The translations under genes were made by a program, and so were the position numbers. From positions 124,001 through 188,000 of the forward strand of contig JAAOMT010000710.1 in NCBI GenBank assembly GCA_016748015.1: DNA of 64,000 bases. The letters are read 5' to 3'. Below are positions 40,544-52,300 of this stretch, piece by piece. The stretch is from Geosiphon pyriformis uo1. Its lineage: Eukaryota; Fungi; Glomeromycota. The notes beneath the pieces were generated by a model, which had not been told where the DNA came from, did not search any database, and saw only the letters and a program-made list of their open reading frames with translations. Each line of letters begins with the position of its first letter. Within the stretch, counting starts at the first letter, position 1.

Positions 40544-41357
40544 NNNNNNNNNNNNNNNNNNNNNNNNNNNNNNNNNNNNNNNNNNNNNNNNNNNNNNNNN
40601 NNNNNNNNNNNNNNNNNNNNNNNNNNNNNNNNNNNNNNNNNNNNNNNNNNNNNNNNNNNNNNNNNNNNNNNNNNNNNNNNNNNNNNNNNNNNNNNNNNNN
40701 NNNNNNNNNNNNNNNNNNNNNNNNNNNNNNNNNNNNNNNNNNNNNNNNNNNNNNNNNNNNNNNNNNNNNNNNNNNNNNNNNNNNNNNNNNNNNNNNNNNN
40801 NNNNNNNNNNNNNNNNNNNNNNNNNNNNNNNNNNNNNNNNNNNNNNNNNNNNNNNNNNNNNNNNNNNNNNNNNNNNNNNNNNNNNNNNNNNNNNNNNNNN
40901 NNNNNNNNNNNNNNNNNNNNNNNNNNNNNNNNNNNNNNNNNNNNNNNNNNNNNNNNNNNNNNNNNNNNNNNNNNNNNNNNNNNNNNNNNNNNNNNNNNNN
41001 NNNNNNNNNNNNNNNNNNNNNNNNNNNNNNNNNNNNNNNNNNNNNNNNNNNNNNNNNNNNNNNNNNNNNNNNNNNNNNNNNNNNNNNNNNNNNNNNNNNN
41101 NNNNNNNNNNNNNNNNNNNNNNNNNNNNNNNNNNNNNNNNNNNNNNNNNNNNNNNNNNNNNNNNNNNNNNNNNNNNNNNNNNNNNNNNNNNNNNNNNNNN
41201 NNNNNNNNNNNNNNNNNNNNNNNNNNNNNNNNNNNNNNNNNNNNNNNNNNNNNNNNNNNNNNNNNNNNNNNNNNNNNNNNNNNNNNNNNNNNNNNNNNNN
41301 NNNNNNNNNNNNNNNNNNNNNNNNNNNNNNNNNNNNNNNNNNNNNNNNNNNNNNNNN
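40544..41357. other. Assembly gap
   Basis: Run of N. Confidence 1.
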
Positions 41358-41391
41358 TTAATTAATTAATTAATTATCATTAAACATTAAA

Positions 41392-41438
41392 AATTGATGA
41401 TAGAAATCAAAAGAACGATTTGATTTCTATCATCAATT
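41392..41438. repeat. Perfect 20-bp inverted repeat with 7-nt loop
   Basis: AATTGATGATAGAAATCAAA-AGAACGA-TTTGATTTCTATCATCAATT. Confidence 0.95.
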
Positions 41439-41592
41439 CTTAAACATTTCAAGATTTCATTCAGCACCCCATGATCAAGTCACATCCAATATAATGGGGG
41501 TATTTTTTGTTCTATTAAAAAGAAAACAAACAAAAAAAAAATTATTTTTCATTTTTCATTTTTTTTTTAAAAATAAAATTCTTATATCATTC

Positions 41593-41624
<32 letters not shown>

Positions 41625-42933
41625 GTAACCGAGAAAAACTTGTAACACCTAGCACTTTAACTGCTAAAGAGGAACCAAACACATGTTAAAAACTTCAAAG
41701 TGTCTTCCAGAGTTTCACCGGATATTGATGATTCAAAGTGAACTAAAATCATTATTAAAATTATGTTTATTAACTNNNNNNNNNNNNNNNNNNNNNNNNN
41801 NNNNNNNNNNNNNNNNNNNNNNNNNNNNNNNNNNNNNNNNNNNNNNNNNNNNNNNNNNNNNNNNNNNNNNNNNNNNNNNNNNNNCCCCCCCCCCCCCCCC
41901 CCAAAAAAAAAAAACTATTACTATTACTATCATAATTTTAGCAATTTTCTTAATAAAGTCACTGGCCGCTATCGCTATGTCGTGTCTCTCTTTTTACCCC
42001 ACAATTTCCCCTGCATACTACGTAAGGTTTAATGAATCTGACACGATGATAGTTTTTTTCGGTTGGGTGATCTGTGATCTACCTACCTACCTACCTATAC
42101 AATGAATGTTTCGTGCTACTACCACCTGGGGGTGACTAAGATTTAATGATTAACATTCTTCTTTCGAGTTGTTAAAGAGTACTCAAAAGAACAGAAAGAA
42201 TGATATTTCAAGAAAGATTAATAATAATTATCAAAAAGATTAATAGTTATCAAAGAAAGATTAATAATTATAATTATTATCAATAATTCTAATTTTTCTT
42301 TATAAATTATAAACTTTTCGAAAATCGTTCCCTTTTTTTAATTCAATTCTCACTTATTTGTCATACCCTCACTTAAAATAAATAAATCGTATAATTATAT
42401 ATATATATATAATTATACCATTTAAAAATCTATAACTTAAGAAAAATACTATAATTAGAACACAGTAATTAAATTCCATTTCCTTTTTCTAATTATCTTA
42501 GTCTTTTTATGGTTACACTCGAAATTTCCATTTCACTTTGTTTTTATTAAAATGTTAAACAGTTGACAATTATCCATTCTTGGCGAGGCAGTCTTCAATT
42601 ATTCCACTGAAACTTTTTTTTTTAAAAAAAAAGAAAAAAAGAAACAAAGTGGAGGATGATCAAATTACCCCGGATTGTTACTAACCTATTTGAAATTGGC
42701 TTTTTTTTTATTTTTATTTTTTTCACCTATATGATTGTTGTTGTCCTACTACTCTACTTCTACTACTACTACTACTACTACTACTATTACTATTACTACT
42801 ACTACTATTACTATTACTACTACTACTACTGTATCACCTATCACTTTTACAGATTAATTAATTAAAAAAAAAGCCAATTTTTCTTTTCAACTATAATTTT
42901 ATTTTTTTCGATAAAAAAATAATAATAATAAAA

Positions 42934-42976
<43 letters not shown>

Positions 42977-43620
42977 TCACTAATGCACGGAAAAGTTAAA
43001 AAAGAAAGAATAAAAAAAAAATTGTTCATTCTTTAAAGTTTAAATTTTCCGAAACTTGTATTACAAAGGAATTTTCATGGTTAACAAAGGTGTGTAAATG
43101 AAAAATATATATCAGATATTCGAATATGGTAATTTTTAATCTTTATTTAATTTATGATTCATGGAAAAATGATTTTTGTTTATTCTGGATAACCATTCTT
43201 TTTGGCTACTAATCAAGCTTAGTGTGACGTGTAATCACTGTGGAAAAAGTTGAATGAATGAATGAATGAATGAATGTTTTTCTTTTTTCTTTTTTCTTTT
43301 TTCTTGATTTGAAAGAATCTTATAGTCAACAAAAAAATCTTTACGTTTTAATGAATTCGGTAATATTTTTGTCAAAATTTTTTTAACTTTTGTTTATCTT
43401 TTTAATTTAAGAAAAAAAAAATGAAAATAATGATCTCATTAATTCATTTCATTATTCAATTTTTTCCTTCGGATTTGAGTTCCGATAAAAAGGTGGTTAG
43501 ACTGTTTAATCTGTTATCCCCAAAAAAATTTAATTGGAATTCTTGGCACATAATAAGGTAATAATTTTTTCCAAAATTTTCTACAAATCGTGATAAGTGC
43601 AAGTCATCTAATGAAATTAA

Positions 43621-44591
43621 TTAGATTCCAAAGACATCATAGTCATAGTCATAGTCACCTTTCTCATCATTCTCATCATCATCATTACCCTCAATATCAT
43701 CATTATCTGAAGATTTAAAAAATATATGATCAATCAATCCAAAAACTTTTTTCATCTCGGCAAAATGTTTCTTGGCTTCTTGCTCCCCATTTCTTTTAAT
43801 CAGATCGAAAACACTAGGTCTTTTCTCGACTTCAAATGAAATTTTATAATCATGATCAAGATGATGTTTACTTTTTAAGAATTAAAAAGAAATTTTTTGA
43901 TTTTTTATATTCAACTTAGTGAAAGCAAAAGTAAAAGAGGGGATAATAAAATTTGAAAAAAAATTTACTCAATTCCCAATCGTTCGATTTCTTTCAAGGA
44001 TACAAGGGGAGGTTTTGATAGCACAACTTGAACCGGGTATACAAGATCAAATTAAAACAGTCACATTTTATTATGATTCAAAATAGAAAGATTTGGAAAA
44101 TTATTTTAAAAAACCTGGATCTTCTAGAGCTTTGGAACTGGAAGCCCGAAATTTGTTTCTTCTATGTTGAAGTGGGCTTATAATAGGCTATGTCAATAGT
44201 GATCGATCAAGAATTTTTAGTTCAAGTATAGATTGAAATTAGATGCTTTATCATGATAGATCTTGAGAATTATGAAAGAATGAATCAAAATTTTACCTTC
44301 TTGGCTTCATAAGCCATCCAAAGTTCTTCCAATTGACCAGAGATTTTTTTGTAGCTATACCAACCAGGAGGTCTCACATCATCTATTTCAAACAAAAATG
44401 AGATTTAAAAGATCTGATTAATTAATTTTTTTTTTTAAGTTGTTTACCACAATCACGTTACTACTCTCAAAAGAAAGTTTTAGTTCCAATTCCCCGGTTT
44501 CTGCCGTGCGTTCCCCAAGAATTTCCTTGATGAAATAAACACTCTTTGAGTATTTCTTATGATGATAATGACTATGATGATGCTTTCCCAT
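43621..44591 (-). CDS. Small hypothetical protein with divergent chromodomain-like N-terminus; exons 44591-44462, 44382-44297, 44187-44115, 44026-43969, 43870-43621; 198 aa
   Basis: Five GT-AG exons splice to 597 nt with no internal stop. YFIKEILGERT..ELKLSFESNDVRPPGWYSYKKI..ELWMAYE follows the chromodomain pattern. His-rich start and acidic tail. Confidence 0.65.
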
Positions 44592-45223
44592 ATTATTCAA
44601 GTAAAGAAATGGAAGGGTTGTGAATGAGAAGGAGGTTAAAAGGTGAAATAAAAAGTATTTCCATCAAATGAGTTCTAACTGATATCATGAAGATGATTGA
44701 TTCTTGATTTTTTTAGAGTTATGTCAGAAAAAAAGAATTTTTTTTTTGTTATACATTAAATCTCGTAAAAATATTATATATTTTTTTGCGTATGATTAAT
44801 TTATAGCATCTATTCTTTGACCTTAAGTATTTTTTTAAAAATGAGTTCAATTAATATTAAAAGTATTTTTTTCTTTATTATTTGACTTAGATATTTTAAT
44901 TGAAAAAGATTAAAAATAAAAATAAATGCTTTATTAATTTTCTAATAAAAAAAATTTTTTTTTTATTTGAAATTAATTAAACATGTTTGTTTGTTTGTTT
45001 ATTTTATTTTGATGGTGATAATATATGTTAGGATAATTAATTTCAAAAAAAAAAAAAAAATTCAAATTTTATCATCTTTGATAGACTTTATTCATTTTGA
45101 TATATTAAAATTTTTTCCCTGATCGTAATCCCGTATTGGGATCGAATTTGTCAATTTTCAGAATCTAATAATAATTAAATGACAATGATAATAATTAAGT
45201 GACAATTATAATGATTAAGTGAC

Positions 45224-45293
<70 letters not shown>

Positions 45294-45790
45294 GTATTTA
45301 TAATAATAATAATAATAATAATAATCTCTATAATAATAATAATAATAATAATCTCTATAATAATAATAATAAAGTGGTAATGGTATCTCGGAATGATATC
45401 AATTTAAAAAAACCCCTCCACCCCCCCCCTCTCCCTCTCCCTCTCCCTCTCCCTCTCCCTCTCCCTCTCCCTCTCCCTCCAATATTATTAGAGTTTTTCT
45501 TTTTATTAGGTTATTGGAGATTAGAGTAAGGATATTCAAGTGGGGATTAGGGTTAATTATCGAAATCTTTTAATATATATCTTGAATCTTTTTTAAATTA
45601 AGGGTGATATGATAACGTAATTATTAACGTTTTAAAATTACAATTTTTCCGGATTCTCAGGTGCTTTATTTGGATATTTTTTTCAAATTTATTTATTAAA
45701 AAAAAAAAATTTAGAATACTTAATGTTTAATAATTTGGTAGTTTGGTAGATAAGAAGGTTTAAAGATTAAGTATTATAATAATAATAATA

Positions 45791-45831
<41 letters not shown>

Positions 45832-46722
45832 GGAGATTCTTGGCAGTTTTTACCTGAATCCGAAATCTAATTATGCATGTATCACTTGACAAAGTTTTGC
45901 GTTAATCCGGACTTTAATCCTGATATATGTGAAAATTCCCAACTTACCGAAAATCTCCGATAGAATTCTCCGAGATCTGCAGGTGATTGTAATAATAATA
46001 ATAATAATAATAATAGGTAATTTTTTTTTAAATAATTTTATAGGAAAGGGTATCATCATAAATTTAATTACAAGAAAAATAGGGTTTTTTTTGTTTGATG
46101 TAAATTTGATTATTTTTTATTAATTAAATCATTATTTTTTTTTAATAAAGAAAAAAATTTAAATTATTTTATTTATTTATTTATTTATTAATTTACACGT
46201 AAAAATAGTTTTTTTTTTTTGAGTATTTCAACTTTTTGATCCATTTTCACACAAGATTGAAAAAAATCTAGGATTTGTTTTTTCCATTTTTTTGAACTTT
46301 TCTATTGTTGAGAACTTCTTTCAAAAAAAATAAAAATTTTTTTTTTAAATATTTTGAAAATGAAATCAGGAAAAGTTTACATTCTTTAAACACAAATTAT
46401 CCGATAGAATCATAAAAATGTTTTTAATTAAAATTTTTTTTTGAAATTAATAGATAACAAAATTATTAAATATTTTGTCACATTTTTTAATAACTGAATA
46501 TGAACATGAGATTCTCACCTTATCTAACTTTATAACTTTTTCTATTCTAATATAAATTAATATAAATTAATATGTATATATATATATATAAATTAAATAG
46601 TAACAAAACATGCTGGACAATAACCAAACGGGAGTTTCAATAATACCTTTAATGGATTTAAAGAATTTCTCTTGTTTTACCAAAATATCGTGAGAAAATT
46701 TTGAAACTTTTCCTATCTCCAT

Positions 46723-46774
46723 TTAATAAAGAGTAATAATAATAATAATTATTATTATTATTACTCTTTATTAA
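46723..46774. repeat. Perfect 52-bp AT-rich palindrome
   Basis: TTAATAAAGAG(TAA)n..(TTA)nCTCTTTATTAA is fully self-complementary. Confidence 0.9.
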
Positions 46775-46859
46775 TGATAAATATTTAAAAGACAAAAAGT
46801 AAATTTAAACATGTGTTATTGTAATGAATCAAAAAAAAACATTTCGCTTAAAACCGTGG

Positions 46860-46926
<67 letters not shown>

Positions 46927-47031
46927 TATTCTCATCAAAACGTATAGATTGACAAAATAGCTGACATAAACTCATTATCAATTTTTTTTTCGTATCATTT
47001 TAATAAGATTCATATGAGTTAATTTAATTTC

Positions 47032-47076
<45 letters not shown>

Positions 47077-47419
47077 AAATAAGTGATATTAAATTTTCAA
47101 AAGATCTTTGTAGTTTCGGGTGACAGGGGTAACATGACAGATAAATAAATATTTATCATGTTTGTCCTTTAATATTTTATCGATTCAATTGTTACAATGA
47201 CTATATTTAGAATTTGTTTTTAAACATTGTATCCCAATCTTTGACAGTTCTTTTTCGAGTGTACTATTACTTATCGATCATCTTTATATTATTTAAAGTT
47301 GTTTTATGTTTTGTGTGTGTGTATTGAATTTAATTAAAAAATATCATGATTTATGATTGGATAAACAAATTTATTCAATTTACGTTCATTTTCTACACAA
47401 TTTTTTAATAATATTTATT

Positions 47420-47490
<71 letters not shown>

Positions 47491-49320
47491 TTAAAGTAAA
47501 TTTTAGATTGACATTTACATTGACAGAAAAAAAAAAACTAGTATATAATAATTTTTTATTAAAATTTTTTTAATATTTTTAAAAATTATATATATTTTTT
47601 ATTAAATTTACTATTTCATTTATTTATTTATTTATTAATTTTTAACTCTTTATTAAACAGAAATTTTTTAACTCTTTATTAAACATCCATTTTAATATTT
47701 TTAATAAAATTATAACGTATCAACAAAAAAATTTTTTTTTTCTTAAAAATAAATTAAAATTCTTAAAAAATTTTGTTACTTTATACAATATATATATATG
47801 TCGCAAAATTTTTTAAATTTTTTATTTATTCATAATTCTTATAATAATGATATTAAATTTAAAAAATAATTTGATAATTTAAATATATTGATAAAAAAAA
47901 AAGTTAATTTTTATTTTTTGGAATAAAATATAAAAAAGAAAAGATTTTTTAAATGATTAATAAGAATTATTATTATTATTAAATAAATAAATAAATAAAA
48001 AAGATTTTTAAAATTTGAAAATTAAAACTTGATTAATAAATAAATTATTTATTAATAATTATTATTATTTATTATTTAATATTTATTTTTATTATTACTA
48101 AAACAGTCAAATTTTTTCTATATAACCTTAAAATTACGTATTATTCTTCTCCTTTCTCCTTTCTCCTTAATTAAATATCAGAAAATTCAATACTTCACAA
48201 CATACATTTTTAATGATTACGTTGTAAAATGAATTTTTTATTCTCCTTTCTTTCTTACGTAACAATTGTTTAAAAAAAATTTTTTTTTTTTTTTTTTAAA
48301 GTAAAAATAAATAAATAAATAAATAATTAATTTTTAATTTTCTCCTTTTTGGTAAAATGTAAAAAAATTTTACTTGCTTGTATCAGTTGTAGCGAAACTG
48401 TTTGTTAAAAATATTTGAATTTATTTTTGGGAAAATGAATTACTACGCCAAATTGGCTAGAGCATTCCGAAATGATCCTTTTAACAATTATCTATGCTTA
48501 TGATAAATTTATCCCGGAATAATATTCTTATCTGATATGAAAAGCCTATCAAAAAAAGTTTTATTTGTTAAAATTTAGATATGATTGACCAACTTATTAT
48601 TTTTCTATCATTGTTGTTCAGACATTTGAAAGGTAATGAACCTTTAAAGTACAACTAAAAAGTTTTATTTCGTAATCTTTGAATTTTACTTTGAAGTTAA
48701 TACATGTACAAAAAAATCCCCAAATTATTTATTCAAAATACCAACTCATTAATCAAAATAAAATAACAAATATTTATCAAATAATATTTTTGATATTCGA
48801 GAGTCGAGAGTCAACGATTACCCCAATATTCATAAATACTCTCAAAAGAAAAAAGTTAAAAAAAACCAGAAATTAATTTTTTCAATTTCTATTAGTTTAA
48901 TCTAATAAATTTCATATCATCGGATTACTTTCTAAAGATTAGTCAACTTAAAAAGTTTAAGTTGATACAAATTTTTATCATTTATTTCCCTAGCTCAAAT
49001 TTAAAAGTCATCTACTTCAGGTTCCTCATGCTTAATATAATTTAAAAAGCTGAATTCCTTTGATAAATAAAGTTGTTATAAAGTTTTAGGTAATAATAAT
49101 GCAGTTCATCAACTCAAAACTGCTATACATATATTATAGGTTTAAATAATTTTTCAAGATCAGGCAAAGACTTTGTCCCTGGATAATCAAGTGTTTTTGA
49201 GCGGCAAATTATACGTCTTCTGCAAAGACATTCGAGAGTATGCGAAAATACTTTTATCATCAAACATCGCATTCCTAGAATTCTGTCCCAAAGAGAATAC
49301 TCTAGTGCATTTTGCGATGC

Positions 49321-52300
49321 TCAACTGTTGACATCAACATCTTCGTACCCAGATGGGCTTGTGTGGTGTCCAGGCCCACCAAAGCCCACACCGGAATTGA
49401 TCGAGTGAATACGATGCTGTTGTTCAATAAAAAATGTCGCGGACTGTGTTCGAGGACGCACTAGGACTTGTTGCGCGTTATTAATATATACTGTTTCGGA
49501 AAAAATGTTCGATGAAAGGCTAGAGATACGAATTGTGGGGACGAGCAGGTGACCGGTTTTTAGAGGGACTAAGGTGATAAAGAATTTCTTGATTTCACCA
49601 ACCTATGAGTGACAAACATCCGCATTATGCATAAGTCAAAGATTTTACGGAATTCAATCATTTAAGCAAAATATCATTCTCTACCTTGGATGAAAAGCAT
49701 AATTTTTTGTGCCCAGATAACAGCCAATTATCGAAATCAACGTGAACATCATAAAAAAACTCGAGTGAGACATTTTTAGTGTCAGCAGTTGTATTAAGAT
49801 TCCAATAAGAAGATTGTTGAATTATTAGATAACAATGACATGGTTCACCAACTATCAATTGGTTTGATTTTGTTATTATAAGTTCTACCGTGTTTAGAAC
49901 CTATACTTTGTCAGATAAAATTTTTTGAGCCATTAATCTTCAAAAAAAAAAGGGAAAATACATTATAAGTAATATACCTTTGATAAAGGAACATCGATGG
50001 GAAAAGAAATTTCTGATTTGAATTCTTTAGCAACTTTTGTAACTTCTTCCTGATGTATTTCTTTATATTCCTGAGAAAAAGTAAGATTTTACTTAAAAAG
50101 TCTAAAAACTAAGCGTATCCTGCAATTCGGAAAATTTCATTACATACCTTCCAAAATTCTGAGACAATGTTTACCAATTCTTCTTTTACATCCCCATGAT
50201 TATTGAAGAGTTTATGACAAAGCACTGGATCGAAAGAACCCAGTTCTAAGAAATCGGACATTCCGTACCAATGATAATCCAAATTTTCCATTAAATGATC
50301 ATTGATATTCTCGGTAACAGAGGTTGAATGTTGTAATAAATTTTTGGATTTCAGAATCTTGTCTAATGTGTGCTTGATAAAATGCTCAATTTCTATTAAA
50401 ATTCAGAGGCTATTAATGTGTGTTCCAACTTGATAAAATCTTCATTCATAAACTGATCTTTACCATCTTTTAACGTTCGATACTTCACAATGAAGTGGAG
50501 TTGGGTACTTGTTAGCTTTGTATGGTCTTCTTGTTCGTTACCTATTTATTCCAAAGCCAATTATATTTGAATGGTTAACTTCTATAATGTAATAAAACTA
50601 TATCATAAAAAATAATACCTTGAATTCGCGATAGTTTATAAACAAAAGACGCGTGTTGCTTGGGAAATAAGGTCTAAAACAAGCAAGTCGTGTGTGTTTG
50701 ACATAAAAAATTCTTGATTAAAACCCACTCAAATTTTAAAAATCAACTTCATTACCATAATAGAATCTGTTTCAGCTGCATTATCCACCACATTATACAT
50801 CCTTGAAGGAAGTAGGGATGTCGATAATATTCGCACAGGAAGTAACCCATTCAACGAGATATCCATCTTTAAAAATAAACTATCATAAGGTAAATAATCT
50901 TTGATTAAATAAAGTCCAAGTTTCAACTGAATTATGGTTTTTAATGAGACGTTTGGTATTTCAAATTACCAGTCATCCCGAAAAATATGAAATTCAGTTA
51001 CTGCCAGAGGCAACCATACTTTGACTGTGTCAACAGAGGAGAAAATTCGCGTTTTTCCTTGACTAAAATATTCCACAGAAACTTTTACCTGCATAAATCA
51101 AGAAATTAGAGTTAAGGTTTGAAATTACAATATATAGATGGATTTAAATACTGATTTGAACCTTATGCTCGATCGCACCCCAATTACAATCATATGGTAT
51201 TTTCAACATAATTTGTTGATTTGATTGGCAAAAGGGTAATGATATTCCTTGCTCATTCAGGACAAGTTCTTCCTCACGAATATTTTCATCGGATATCGAT
51301 CCATCATCTAGACAATGAATATTTATTAGTGCTTAAGGCTTTGAAAATTAGAATAATCAAAAGAGCAAATAGACTTACCAGATATGGACTTGAAAATAGC
51401 ATTGTAGGTAGCATGGGAAGGAAAAGATAAACCTTCGGAAATAGGTTTCAGAAGTAATGTGCCTTCATCTATATTATGGTGACCAGTAAAAATTCTTGCG
51501 ATAAAATATTGTTGCTCGCCAATATGGACTAAATATATAATTATTTGATTAATTAAACTATCGTCAAATATATTAAAAATTACAAATTACTAAACATTCT
51601 AAATTAGAAAAGTACTCACTTTCGGTGGGAGCAATAACTTGAGCCCTCAATATTGCCGGATGGTCATTGACTCTGAACGATTTTTTCTTGCCGTCATTCA
51701 GGAAACTATGAGTAAAAATGACTTTCCCTATACTCAAACGACAATTGTCAGCTACATAGCTTCCACATGCAGTAGTCTAAATTGACTCTAAAAGTTAAAA
51801 AAAAATGATGCGTAGTCAAATATTCCAAACGTCTTTTGAGATTTGAAGTGACTTACATCTGAATATAAATGATAAGTGTTTACCCCAGGATTAAGCTCCT
51901 CATTTTTAGTTGAAAACCAAATTTCATCGTTATGCCCACTTTGTCCTCTAACTAGGCGTACGGTAAGCTCATCAAATGTAAAGGCCTATCGAAGATAAAA
52001 GCAATCTATAATGTTTTTTGAGTAAATAAGTTTGAAGAAATAACAAGCTTACTGTTGGTAAATTGTTATTTAATTCGACTTTTAAATAGGGCTCATCCTC
52101 AGTAATATTATCTACGAAGGAAACTATCGTTGCCGCGAAGATGGGTCTAAATGTTCGCGCTACCTCTATTATTAGGATAATTAAATAAATGACAAATTGA
52201 TGAGATTTCAAATTATGAATTTAACAAAAATTTCGAATATATTGACAACTCACCCTTATCGAGGGTCCCGGAAATTGTTTTTAACTCTTCCCCATAAAAT

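Noticed and set aside
38712-42105. Long ORFs in the ORF track across this interval
   Set aside because: Artefacts of N runs and (GTTTT)n microsatellites.
43994-44003. GTATCCTTG in the chromodomain-like gene as a U12 donor
   Set aside because: It lies inside an exon that reads through in frame to a normal GTAAAT donor, and no matching U12 branch site was seen.
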